64,000 bases of DNA from Heptranchias perlo (lineage: Eukaryota): NCBI RefSeq assembly GCF_035084215.1, contig NC_090351.1:34038001-34102000 (forward strand), in the 5' to 3' direction. The position numbers and the translations under genes were made by a program. Shown here in pieces: positions 51,550 to 64,000 of the stretch. Below the pieces are notes generated by a model that saw nothing but the letters and a program-made list of their open reading frames with translations, searched no databases and was not told the DNA's origin. Each line of letters starts with the position of its first letter. The stretch's first letter is position 1.

Positions 51550-52475
51550 AATTTATGGCACAGAAGGAGGCCATTTGGCCCATCGTGTCTGTGCCGGCTG
51601 AAAGAGCTTTCCAGCCTAATTCCACTTTCCAGCTCTTGGTCCGCAGCCTTGTAGGTTACGGCACTTCAAGTGCATATCCAAGTACTTTTTAAATGCAATG
51701 AGGGTTTCTGCCTCTACCACCCTTTCAGGCAGTGAGTTCCAGACCCCCACCAGCCTCTGGGGAAATAATTTCTCCTCAGCTCCCCTCTAATCCTTCTACC
51801 AATTACTTTAAATCTATGCCCCCTGGTTATTGACCTCTCTGCTAAGGGCAATAGGTCCTTCCTATCCACTCTAATCCACTCATAATTTTATGCACCTCAA
51901 TTAAATCTCCCCTCAGCCTCCTCTGTTCCAAAGAAAACAACCCAGCCTATCCAATCTTTCTGTATTGTGGTGACCAGAACTGTATGCAGTACTCTAGCTG
52001 TGGCCTAACTAGTGTTTCATGCAGTTCTAGCATAACCTCCCTGCTCTTGCCTTTATTAGCTGAGGCATAGAATACAAGTATCCCGTATGCCTTTTTAACC
52101 ACCTTATCTTCAGGGATCTGTGGACATCTGTGCACTCCAAAGTCCCTCTGTTCGTCTACACCTCTCAGTATCCTCCCATTTATTGTGTGCTCCTTTGCTT
52201 TATTTGCCCTCCCCAAATGCACTACCTCACGCTTCTCCGGATTGGATTCCATTTGCCACTTTTCTGCCCACCTGACCAGTCCATTGATATCTTCCTGCAG
52301 TCTAAACATTCCTCCTGACTATCAAACACACGGCCAATTTTTGTATCATCTGCAAACTTCTAAATCATGCCCCCTACATTTAAGTCTAAATCATTGATTT
52401 ATATACCACAAAAAGCAAGGGACCTAATACTGAGCCCTGAGGAACCCCACTTGAAACAGCCTTCCAGTCACAAAT
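51550..52475 (-). mobile_element. CR1 3' fragment
   Basis: Encodes LQEDINGLVRWAEKWQM...LVRPQLEYCIQFW. Confidence 0.88.
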
Positions 52476-53185
52476 GTTAGTATCTATTAAGCAGCATCTG
52501 GGGATTATTTTCATAGAATGCAGTTTTCCATTCAATCTACCAACCCAATTGTAATAACATCAAAGTTTGATATGGTTTTAATCTGGTCATCCTGTTAAAC
52601 AGTTGGTAAGTGCACACTCACAGCATGTTCCTGGTTGAAACTGAGCTTGGTTCATGCCTGCAACAACTTACGCAAGACAAGAGAATTTACTTGGCGTGAT
52701 GAGATGGCACCGTATTAATGACACTGTGTTGAGAGTGCGTTGGCTGGGATTAGGGTGTGCATAGAGGCTTCTGACAATGATCACAGTGTGCTGAGATTCT
52801 TCTGGCACTAGGGAACAAAGTAGGGTGTTGATCAAATGTAAGATACTTGTAATAACTTTCACGTCCTAAGAATCAGAAGTGAGGAAAATAGACTTAAATT
52901 CTGAAAAAAAATATTTTTGGGGATCAAATTCCTTCTTTTAGTGCACTGGTTAATGTGTTCATGGTGACTTTCTGTCTCTGCTATTTTAATATTGCAGTTA
53001 ATCCATTTGAAATATAAATGGTTAACAACTTTTGTGCTAAATAGCAGAAGATGAAGTTGATGCTAAAAATACTGCACACAGGGAATTAAACAGTCATATC
53101 TGGTTTTGAAATTTCTAACATTCTTAAAAAGCATGTTTTTCTGATCTAAAATCGATGTATGTCAACCCTAGAGGCCACTGGCCAG

Positions 53186-53312
53186 AATTGCAGTGTGGTA
53201 ATCAGGATAATGAGGTGATTGAGTATGTGCGAGGTTTGTTTGCAGTGTGTTAACCAGGATTATGAGCATGTATGGGGCTAGATTGCAGTGTGCTAACCAG
53301 GATTTTGATGTG
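53186..53312. repeat. Three degenerate units with core TTGCAGTGTGnTAAyCAGGAT
   Basis: Units start near 53188, 53240 and 53283. Confidence 0.7.
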
Positions 53313-54467
53313 TTTGAGAATGATCAACATTATGGTGAGTTAAGAATCTTTTGGCAGGAATTATAACGTGATAAAATCATGTTGCCTAAACTTTCCAGTA
53401 AATCACCTCCCTCATTTAGTCACTAGAGGGGGCATGCACTGTATTTTAATGACAATTTACTGAAATCCTTTAACTCTACTGAATCTTATTAAATTTTCAG
53501 AGATGGAGTCATTATGTGGAGTATTATTTCATCATAGTAGATTGAAACACTGCTCTTTCTTAGCTAGCTAAATGATTAAAACAATTGTGTCCGATTTGCT
53601 CATAAAGATGAGGAAAGTTAACTCTGAGGAATGAACATTTTTTTCCACTTTTGCACCCTGTCATATCCATCACTCCCACTTCACCCATAACACAGGTTAT
53701 ATGGAGAGCAGCCCTCCCTCTGCGCTATCTAAGCAATGCCCCTTGATGGCGACCTCAAGCAACTACTGCTGCACACAATGGCATTTCCCATTGCCCCTTT
53801 GCAGCCATCTTTGTGCCATCTCTGTCTGAGGCTGCCAATTTAGTGGCATATTAGTCTCCATATTGAAACTTATAGGGCATGGGGGTCCCAGATCACCTGG
53901 GATAACTGACACCCAATGGCATGTCTCCCAACTGCGCTGCTTCATTGGCCTGTCTGGAGCGATGACATCAGAGCATTTGCCTGTGGAATCGGGGGTGGGG
54001 TGGTGGGAGGGGTGGCGATGAATTAACACCCACTAGACTGGGTGTAGGACCCTTGCAGTGGCAGAAACGGGAGGCGCTCAGCCTGTCAGTCTAGGGGGAT
54101 TCAAAGGCACTCTGCCTTCTTCCTAGAACAATGCAGCCTTCCCGATCTTACAGAAAATCAAAAACATATCCATAATAATAAATAGCACCTTTCTTTAAAT
54201 CAGAATGTGCAAAGCAGATAAAGTCTCTCTCATTTCCATTCTCCCTTTCCAGATGGACTGGTCAGTTGGTTCAAAAAACTGTCCTTTCATTCTTGGGACC
54301 TGGTTTCAAATCTGTCTAGGACTGAGTGGATGAAAGCCTCCCCATTCCCCTTCTAAGAATCTTAAGAGTGCATCTCACATTTCATTTATCAGAGAGGTTG
54401 AGACAGCTGCTGATAGTTTAGCACCAGTCGCCGTGAACTACAGTACAATAAAGGAGAGACATGTTAT

Positions 54468-54905
54468 ACAACAACAACTTGCACATATATAACACCTTTT
54501 AACCTAGTTTCTAAAGGCAGCTTCACAGAGGTGTAATCAAACAAAAATGGATGCTGGGCTAAAGAAGGAGGTATTAGGAGGGGTGACCAAAAGCTTGGTC
54601 ATAGAGGTGGGTTTTAAGAAGGAACTTAAAAGAGAAGAGGGAGGAGGAGGGGTTTAGGGAAGGAATTCCAGAGCATTTGACCTGGACGGTTGAAGGCACG
54701 ACCGCCAATGGTGGGGTGAAGGGCGGTGGGGGGAATGTACAAGAGGCCAGAGTCAGAGGAACAGAGAGTTCAGGGTGGGGGCGGGTTGTAGGATTGGCGA
54801 AAGTTACAAAACTAAAGAAGGTGGGGCCATGAAGAGATCTAAACACAATATTTGTCATTTTAAATTTGAGGTGTTGGAGGACAGAGAGTCAATGTAGGTC
54901 GGCAA
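54468..54905 (-). mobile_element. L2 LINE 3' fragment
   Basis: Homologous to 12330-12770, with tail (aac)n ttgca. Confidence 0.8.
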
Positions 54906-55096
54906 AGATGTACTCTTCGTTTGAATGCTTCCATGGATTATGGAATATAACTGGCTGGTTTTGAATAACAATTATGAGGGATCATTTTCGATTTCTCACT
55001 CCTGGGGTAGGGTGGGGGAGGGGGAGCTCGACTGCTGCTAGCGCACTTGGGCACCAAGTGCACTTAATTTTCTAACCATTACTTTAAATAAAGGTA

Positions 55097-55492
55097 AAGG
55101 AAAGAACTCGCATTTCTATAGCGCCTTTCATGACCTCAGGATCTACAAACGCGCTTTACACCTAATGAGTTACTTTTGAAGTGTAGTCACTGATGTAGGA
55201 AATGTGGCAACCAATTTGTGCACAGCAAGTTCCCACAAACAGCAATGAGATAATGACCAGATGATCAGTTTCTATTGATTAACATGGTTGACAGATAAAT
55301 ATTGGCCAGGACACTGGGGAGATCTCCCCTGCTCTTCGAATAGTGCCATGGGATCTTTTACCTACACCTGAGAGGGCCTCGGTTTAACGTCTCATCCCAA
55401 AGACAGAATCCAACAGTGCAACACTCCCTCAGTACTATGCTGAAGTGTCCGCCTGGATTCCAAGCTCAAGTCACTGGAGTGGGACTTGAGCC
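55097..55492 (-). mobile_element. DeuSINE, near full length
   Basis: Reverse complement of the 36821 copy (gtgccatgggatcttttac). Confidence 0.85.
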
Positions 55493-56789
55493 AATGGCGA
55501 GAACATCACGTGCAGTGTGTGTCTGAATTTCCAAAATGTGTTCCTGGTGGACGAGACTTCCCATCATGAGTGCAAAGCTGGAAAATTACACCACAGCGTC
55601 AGATTAATATTCTTGAAGCTTTTCCCTGTGATTGTTTGTTTACCTGCGTCAGAAGATTAAGTAACCTGGAGGGGCACGCATGTTATTGCAGATCGGATCT
55701 GGTCTGTTTGATGGGCCAAGTGACCCTTTCTGATTGAGACAATGAGTGTTACAGCAGTCTAACGGGTGCCTTGCAGGCAACAAATAACTCAGTGAGAAGC
55801 TGTAGCAAGTGTTGCAACAAGCTTGTGGGAGAGGCAGCAGACAGCAAACATTATGGCAGGCTGGAGGGGCCCATTGCAGACAAGTATTCTAGCAGACTTG
55901 GAGGACCAGATGCAGAGACTTGAGTATTACAGAGACCTCTCGAAGGCAATGCAGACAGCAAGATTTAGAGATGGTTTCCAGTGGGTTATGCAATCGGTTT
56001 TATGACAAGTTTGAACAAGACAATGCAGATGGCGACCATTAAGCCAGGTTTGTAGGATCTAAGACAGATAAAGAATGTCACTGCAAGCATTATACACAGT
56101 TTATTGAAGATTATGCAGACAGAAAACATTGCAGAATAGTTGATGCAGGTAGCAAGCATCACAGCTGGGTTACAGGAGATGCTACACATACAGCACTGAT
56201 GAAGCCTTGAAGACATGCAAACCGAGAGAGTCACAGCAAGCTAGAGTTATAATGAACTTATGGAGATAGTGTGGAGGGTAGGTGTAGTGGCAGATTTATA
56301 GGAAGAGGGAGCACAGACAGTTGAGTGTTACAGCAGGTTGGTAAGAAGTGATGCAAAAAGTGTTAGAGCCTTGAAAGGGAAGATGCCAGCAAGAAAATTT
56401 GTAACTTTTTTTGGTGTGGAAAGTGAAAAGAGGAATCATTGCAGCACATTTATTGAAAATTAAGTTTTACAGCTGGCTTGTAGGAGAAGATTACAACAGA
56501 AAGCATTACAGAAGTCTTGTTGGAGACGATGCTTGTAAAAAGCGTCATCATGAAGGTTGGCCAAAGTATATTCATATACATGTTTAACGAAATAATAATG
56601 GGTGCAAGTTTGGTATTCAGTTTCTGTCAACTTATTCGTCCCTTGAGATGTAATGAAATTATGTAATTTGCAATTGTTTTGGCTTAGGCCCATGTCCTGT
56701 TTTGTTTGGTCCAAGAGAGAAATCCGACTCCATTTGAAAACAGGAAACATCAATTGTTTCCTCAAAAACGTGATCTGCTGCCAAGAGTT

Positions 56790-58230
56790 AGGAACATAAG
56801 AAATTCCAGAGAGTATAGGCCCATTCTACTCAACCTCTCCTCATAGGACAACACTCTCATCCAGGAATTAATCTGGTGAACCTATGTTGCACTGCCTCTA
56901 AGGCAAGTATATCCTTCCTTAGATAAGGAGACCAAAACTGAATGCAGTACTCCAGGTGAGGTCTCACCAGAGCCCTGTATAATTGTAGTAAGACATCCTT
57001 ACTCTTGTACTCCAACCCCCTTGCAATAAAGACCAACATGCCATTTGCTTTCCTAATTGCCTGCTGTACCTGCATGTTAACTTTCTGTGTTTTGTGTACA
57101 AGGACCCCCAAATCCCTCTGAACTCCAGCATTTAATAGTTTCTCACCATTTAAAAAAATATTCTGTTTTTCTATTCTTCCTACTGAAGTGAATAACCTCA
57201 CATTTCCCCACATTATACTCCATCTGCCATCTTCTTGCCCACTTACTTAACCTGTCTATATCCCTTTGCAGAATCTTTGTGTCCTCGTCATAGCTTACTT
57301 TCCCACCGAGCTTTGTACCGTCAACAAACTTGGATACATTACACTCGGTCCCTTCATCCAAGTTATTAACATAGATTGTAAATAGCTGAGGCCCAAGCAC
57401 TGATCCTTGCGGCACCCCACTAATTACAGCCTGCCAACCTGAAAATGACCCGTTTATCCCTACTCTCTGTTTTCAGTCCATTAACCAATCCCCTATCCAT
57501 GCTAATATGTTACCCCCGACCCCATGAGCTCTTACCTTGCATAACAACCTCTTATATGGCACCTTATCGAATGCCTTTTGAAAATCTAAATATACTACAT
57601 CCCCTGGTTCCCCTTCATCTACCCTGCTAGTTACATCCTCAAAAAACTAGTAAATTTGTCAAAAACGATTTCCCTTTCATAAAACCATGTTGACTCTGCC
57701 TAATCGTATTATGATGTTCTAAGTTACCACTTCCTTAATAATGGATTCCAGCATTTTCCTGACAACTGATGTCAGGCTAACTGGCCTGTAGTTCCCTGTT
57801 TTCTCTTTCCCTCCTTTCTTGAATAGCGGAGTTACATTTACTACCTTCCAATCTGCTGGGACTGTTCCAGAATCTAGGAAATTTTGGAAGATCATAACCA
57901 ATGCAGCCATTATCTCTGCAGCCACCTCTTTTAGAACCCTCAGACGTAGGCCATATGGTTCAGGGGATTTATCGGCATTTAGTCCCATTAGTTTCTCAAG
58001 TACTTTTCTTTACTGATAATAATCACTTTCAGTTCCTCACTCTCATTAGGCCCATGGTTACCCACTATTTCTGGTGTGCTTTTTGTGTGTTCTACTGTGA
58101 AGACAGATACAAAATATTTGTTTAACGCATTTGCCATTTCCTTATTCCCAATTATAATTTCTCCTGTCTCAGCCTCTAAGGGACCAACGTTTACTTTTGC
58201 TACTCTCTTCCTTTTTACATACTTGTAGAA
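56790..58230 (-). mobile_element. CR1 RT-region fragment with internal deletions
   Basis: Motifs NYRPVSLTSVV, PQGSVLGPQLF and LVRPHLEYCIQFW. Confidence 0.9.
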
Positions 58231-58257
58231 CCAGCAAAGGACGACCAATTGTTTTGG

Positions 58258-58592
58258 TCATGGGATGTGCGCGTCGCTGGTGAGGCCGGCATTTATTGCC
58301 CATCCCTAATTGCCCTTGAGAAGGTGGCGGTGAGCCGCCGCCTTGAACCGCTGCAGTCCGTGTGGTGAAGGTTCTCCCACAGTGCTGTTAGGAGGGAATT
58401 CAAGGATTTTGACCCAGCGACGATGAAGGAATGGCGATATATTTCCAAGTCGGGTTGGTGTGTGACTTGGAGGGGAATGTGCGGGTGGTGGTGTTCCCGT
58501 GTACCTGCTGCTCTTGTCCTTCTAGGTGGTAGAGGTCACTGGTTTGGGAGGTGCTGTCGAAGAAGCCTTGGCGAGTTGCTGTAGTGCATCCT
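58258..58592 (-). mobile_element. Non-LTR retrotransposon 3' end
   Basis: CpG-retaining, so probably a young copy; colinear with 61986-62220. Confidence 0.7.
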
Positions 58593-59691
58593 GTGCTGGT
58601 TTCTAAAACTGTCCGTTAGGAACCGTGGGCTGTTGTATTTCTGAATTCGTCCAGTTCTTAACAAGGCAACCTTTTTTTACCACCACAGGGGTGACATTAC
58701 TTGTCTTGACTGCAGTGTGTTTCCCAGAAAGATGACATTACTTATTAATAATGTGCATTGAGGATGTGCTGGGTCACATGTCGTAAGTGAAGTTAGGGTT
58801 TGTATTATGTGTCAAACCGAGAACAACACCATACATCTAAAGGGCAGAATGTTGCAGTTTAGCAAAGAGAAACAGTGGCACTTCCTTTGGAGTCTATGGT
58901 TGAGTTGGCCAATTCTCTGTCCTCCCAGAACTGGCAAAGTGCCCGCTTGGCATGAGTGGGTGGCGCCACCACTGCCGACTTCCCGCCCATTCCAGGCAGA
59001 AGTCGAAGATTGTTCCCTATGTGTCTAGCGACCCCCTAGCATTTTTGTCTGACACAGCGTGAATTAGAGAGGCTTAGTGGCAGAAATTGATCATGGTTGC
59101 AGGCCAAGATTCAACAGCCATCAGGTAGGCTAGTCGAGGGAATGCAGTAATTCGTATCTCTCAAGTCTGACCACCAGTTATCACTTTTTGACTTTGATGG
59201 CTTTACACTTAGTCCTTCTTCACCTATCGCGTTTTTTGGTCTCATTTATGTCCTCTGATCCTAAATGAAGTCCTCATCCATTGCTTAGGATGGCTCCCAA
59301 CAAGCTTGTTTCATCTTTTTTATTTCAAATACTTCTTTCCCCTTAATAACCAGAAACACTCTCAGGCCCAAGTGTTCTCTCATCCCCCCATCTGGAAAGA
59401 ATCTTCCAGTACCTCTCATTCACTCATCGAAAGAATAAACTTGACATTGGATAGACAATCCCTCTCTCACTTCGAGCCTCCAACCTCTCTCTCCATCACA
59501 GCCTTTCCTGTATTTCTGTATTTTATTGATGTTACGATGATCATTCATCCCCTGAACTTCTCTTGTTTTTCCTCAGCTCCAACTACATCTCGCTGGCTCC
59601 TTTTCCTTCTTGTATCCTCGCCGTGTTGAAATTAAAATTCATTGCAGCATAACAGATTCTAATCCTCTCTTTCCCAAGACCTCAACACTGT

Positions 59692-60488
59692 GGGAGTAAT
59701 TTTAAACCCCCAAGAACAGGTGGGTTGGGGGCGAGGGGGGGCAGGGCAGTCAAAATAGCAGATACTCGGAGCGGGACCGCATCCCGGCTCCAACTCGCCC
59801 ACTTCTGGGTTTAACCCCGGCAGGTTTGTATGCGTGTGGACAACAGACACCAGGAAGTCCCGCCCCCACTTAAAGATGGTGGGCCAACACTTAAAGGAGC
59901 AATGTACCTCATTGAAATACCTGAGGTACTTAATATTTTGTGTAGTGGAAAACTTACTTACCTGTTTGTTTGGGTTTCCCATCGCTTCCGATTCATGTCG
60001 GGTGAAAGCAGGCGGGAAGGGCCAGATCCATGAGGTGAGTGCTTTTATAGCAATGCTCGTGGGCCCGGAGGAGCAGGAGTGCTTCATCCAGGCCAAACAA
60101 GCTCACCTGGCCGACAGGACCCCCGCAATCAGCCAACCCCCCCCCCACCGAAATCCCCAATGTCGTCGCTGGCTGGACCCTTCCGATATGGTCGCTGGCT
60201 GACCCCCACCACCCCGGATGTCGTCCACCTCCCTCCTCACCACCTCTCCGGTTTCTTTTTTGCAGTGCCGATGATCTCTCTCTCCCTCCCACCCCTATCT
60301 CTGATTTGCAGTTCCTTTCACTGCCCGTCACTTTGGCTGCCTGGCGCGTGGGGAACCCGGAAGCTCAAATACTCACTTTCAATTGAGTTGAGATCGCAGA
60401 TTGCGATGCACTCAATTGGCTTCTGGGTTCCCCACGTGATTATCTGCGGACACGTGGGGTACCTGGCTCCAAGTGGAAAATCATGCCC
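59692..60488. mobile_element. Harbinger-derived non-autonomous element
   Basis: Right end aaaatcatgccc resembles the Harbinger TIR (aaaatcgtgccc), left end is gggagtaattttaa, and subterminal motifs resemble 37380-37560. Confidence 0.6.
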
Positions 60489-61239
60489 GTTATCTCGCTG
60501 ATTTCCCTTCCTCTACAGGCGCAGAAAACCCAAACTTGGGGGCACTGCTCGAAGATCGTAAAGAGTAGGAAAGAAAACAATTTCAATCAAAAAATAATCA
60601 AGAAACACCAAACTAGATCCTTAGTGAAGAGAGTTTAGTTATTTTCTATCCTGCTCCTACTAAGCCAGATTCTAAGATTCTATGATTCTATATATGGGCC
60701 AAGTGCAGGCAATTGGGACTAGCTTAGTGGTATAAACTGGGTGACATGGACATGTTGGGCCGAAGGGCCTGTTTCCATGTTGTAAACTTCTATGATTCTA
60801 TGATTGAATCAAATTGCCTCCAATGAACCACATCATAAAATGTCATTAATACACAATAAAGAACCCCATCCAGTGAGACCCAAGTAAACCATCTTGTCTC
60901 AATCCCTGGCAATTGGCTTGTTTTGCTCATTTTCTGTGTGTGTGTTTTTACAATATTAGATTGCTGCTTAGACAGATTTAAATATTTTCTTGGAATATTT
61001 TTTTCCTGCTTTATGTGGATGTTTCATTAACAACAGCTTGCGGCAACAATAACCGCAATGAAACCTAATATATGTCTGGCTGCAAAAGTTGCTGAGGGCA
61101 TAATATTTAGAACAACTGGGAGTGGTGTGACCTTTCATAGACTGAATCATTTGTGACTTCAGTCACTGTGGGATGAAAATATTAAGTGGTTTGGGAGAAC
61201 TTTTTTATTTTTCCAAACATAGAAGGCATGAAGAATAAA

Positions 61240-61900
61240 AGTTACAACACCGAAGGAGGCCATTTGGCCCATTGTGCAGTGCAGGTGCTATCTCTTCAAC
61301 TGGGTCTATTTACTGCAATCCATTTCCTGTATCCTCTTATATTTTTTATTTTTCAATTACTTACACAATTCCCTTTTCCATGATGTTATCGTCTCTGCCT
61401 CAATAACCCAAGTGATAAAGGATTCCATGTCCTAATAAGCCTCTGTGTGGAAAAATTACTTTGGACTTTCAACTTTGTTGTTCTTGTGATAATCCTGAGT
61501 TTGCGTTACTTTGTTACCAATTTTCCAACCAGTGGAAACAATCTTTACTATTAATCCTCTCAAATCCTTTCATATTTTTGAAAATCTCTATTAGAACCCC
61601 TTTAACTTTTTCTGTTCCACTGAAAAAGATTCTTTCTTTTCATTCCTGGTATCATCCTAGTGAATCTTCATTGTACTCATTCTATGGCTCTAATATCTTT
61701 CTTATTATGGGGTGCCCAAAACTAAATGCAGTACTCCATTTGTAACCTAACCAATGTCTTGTACAATATCAACATCACTTACTGCTTTTTATATTCAAGC
61801 TAATCTAAGTAAATCTATAGGAGCTATAGATAAAATTGAAAATCCCACTTGACTTTTATATCACCTTTTCCATCTGCATTCCCACCTTCTAAAAATTTGT
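61240..61900 (-). mobile_element. Old degraded CR1 3' fragment
   Basis: Tail gaaggaggccatttggccc and a remnant of the LEYC..FW region. Confidence 0.65.
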
Positions 61901-61985
61901 GTAGGATTGGCTTGAATTCGTTTTGGCACTTAAACCTAATCGTTTATTTCCTTTTATATATGCAGTGTTGATTACAGTTTTTTTT

Positions 61986-62220
61986 TATTCATTCATGGAA
62001 TGTGGGCATCGCTGGCAAGGCCAGCATTTATTGCCCATCCCTAATTGTCCTTGAGAAGGTGGTGGTGAGCCGTCTTCATGAACCGCTGCAGTCCGTGTGG
62101 TGAAGGTTCTCCCTCAGTGCTGTTAGGTCGGGAGTTCCAAGATTTTGGTCCAGCGACTATGAAGGAACGGCAATGTATTTCCAAGTCAGGATGGTGTGTG
62201 ACTTGGAGGGGAACGTGCAC
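61986..62220 (-). mobile_element. Non-LTR retrotransposon 3' end
   Basis: Colinear with the 58258 copy. Confidence 0.7.
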
Positions 62221-62714
62221 TTAAATTGGAGGATACACTGTATAATAACAAAAGGAGTGTTATAGAATTTAATGCACAATGTGTTATTCTGCAGCCAAAG
62301 TGGAGCCGTGTTTTACGTAACCGGTCCTTTTGAGGCCCTAAAGTCTATTTGCTGTTGAGACTTACTTTTCCTAATTAAGAGCTAATTGCTGTTGCCGAGG
62401 GACATTTGTAGATTGGCAACTGCTCCCTTATGTGCAGGTCCATACATTTTTCATAGTGTGCATTTTCTTTTCCAGAATCCTTGAGACTTCATGAAATGAA
62501 CAATCCGGTGTATTTCACAGAGGTCTCCCGCAGTCTCTGTCGAGCACGTCCATGAAATGTATCAGGTCCTCCAACTTCATGGAGCTTCGGGGGCTCGGCA
62601 AAACTAAAATGCACTCTCAGCACCATGTGCAGCCCTAACTACGTATCACTTAGTGGCTGAGAAGCTGAACGGGCTTCCGGGGAGCTATTTTCCATTAGTT
62701 GGTGAGTTGGTAAC

Positions 62715-62945
62715 TAGAAGACAGCAATTTGGGATCATCACCAGAAAAACAAAAGGAGGGGTCGGGAGAAATTTTTTAAGCGGAGGGTTGTTAGGACATG
62801 GAATGTTCGAGCAGAAATAGTGGGGGAATAGCAGAATCCATAATAGCAAGAGCAGAGGAAAGGGATTAGGTGGAGAGCTCTTTCAAAGAGCCGGCACAGG
62901 CACGACAGGCCGAATGGCCTCCTTTGTTGCTGTAAAATTCTACAC
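62715..62945 (+). mobile_element. CR1 3' fragment, degraded
   Basis: Tail gagctctttcaaagagccggcacaggcacga..ggccgaatggcctcc. Confidence 0.7.
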
Positions 62946-63557
62946 TTGGCAGGCTGTTGGGAGATGTGGCTTCACCTCCAATTTACACTCACTCTCTGTG
63001 AGGAAAGAACGTTGCCTCTGCTCAGCCTCCCTTACCCCGAATGCAGAGTTCAAATCTGACAGTCACCACATTGGAAATCATTGTCAGAAGCTCACAACAC
63101 CAGCAGTTTACCTCTTTGTAGACTTTTTCAGTACCAAGGAAGAAATGAGACCAGTGTTAAGATGCTCTCATTTTTAAACAATTTTGTGAAATAAATTTGA
63201 AATGCACCTGGAAATTTCTTTTGCACCTAGTTAGATTTTCTGTTCCATAAAATGATCAAGTCAAGCGTCCAGCTCCTCTGTAGCTGGTTTCACAGTGTGA
63301 CCCCAGGTCTTCCATAAATTCCTTCTCCTTATGACACAATCAGTCTAGTCTCTGTAAAACAGTTCAGTGGTGTCCCTATCCCCGCTCAATGGCCTAAATG
63401 ATGTTCACATAGTCAGCCAGTGATCTCACTGGTGTCCACATCTCCAATGGCCTCAGTAACATTTATATCTCCATCCATTGCCTTCATGAGCATCACCAGC
63501 TTCTATAGCATTCATGTGTCGTACTAGCAGCTTTAGAAGAACCTATGTCGTGACAGA

Positions 63558-64000
63558 ACTATAGAAATTTACAGCACAAAAGGAAGGCATTTGGCCCATC
63601 ATGTCTATGCTGGCTCTTTCCTTGAGCAATCCAAAACCCACCAGCCTGCTCTCTCCCGATAGTCCTGTGTCCTTTTCTGCTTCAAATATTTATCCAATTT
63701 CTCTTTAAAAGATGCAGTCATCTCTGTCCCAACCACTCCCTGTGGCAATGCAGTCCATGCTCCAAAAACCCCCTCTGTAAATTTCTTCTACTCTTTCTGC
63801 TCATTCTCAGTGCTAATTTTATATTGATGATGACTCATCATCGAGTTCCCAGCCAGAAGAAATAGTCTTTCCCTATTCACTCTATCAAAACTCTTCATAA
63901 TTTTTAAAAAATCTCTCTTAAATCTCCTCTTAGCTTTCTCTGCTCCACTGGAAATAGTCCCAGTATCTCAAGTTGCTCTTCATAACTAAAGTTTCCCATA
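63558..64000 (-). mobile_element. CR1 3' fragment, degraded, runs off window
   Basis: Tail atagaaatttacagcacaaaagg...ttggccc plus a C-terminal ORF2 remnant. Confidence 0.7.

Noticed and set aside
53186-53312. Repeat-spacer pattern resembling CRISPR
   Set aside because: Only three degenerate units with uneven, related spacers and no cas genes.

Overview
Vertebrate genomic DNA, most likely from a shark or other cartilaginous fish, judged from its DeuSINE/SacSINE1-type SINEs and abundant CR1 and L2 LINEs. The only host gene I can support is an EFCC1 (CCDC48)-like gene on the minus strand. Three of its coding exons reconstruct in frame (8757-9844, 2979-3178, 1021-1144) and the gene runs off the left edge. 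The remaining ~54 kb is repeat-rich intergenic DNA. It holds a full-length but mutated CR1 (esterase ORF1 plus APE-RT ORF2), many CR1/L2 fragments, and a Copia LTR element with a tRNA-iMet primer-binding site and nested CR1s. It also holds a complete PIF/Harbinger transposon (14-bp TIRs, ATA TSD) whose transposase carries a fold-back inverted duplication, several Harbinger-type MITEs, and a 140-N gap. The most notable unannotated signal is a pair of tiny non-coding retroposon families carrying minimal hammerhead-ribozyme cores. One is a 129-bp unit present twice with identical ends and separate TSDs; the other is a 220-bp palindromic unit with an 11-bp TSD. All family assignments come from motif recognition by eye; no database searches were run.
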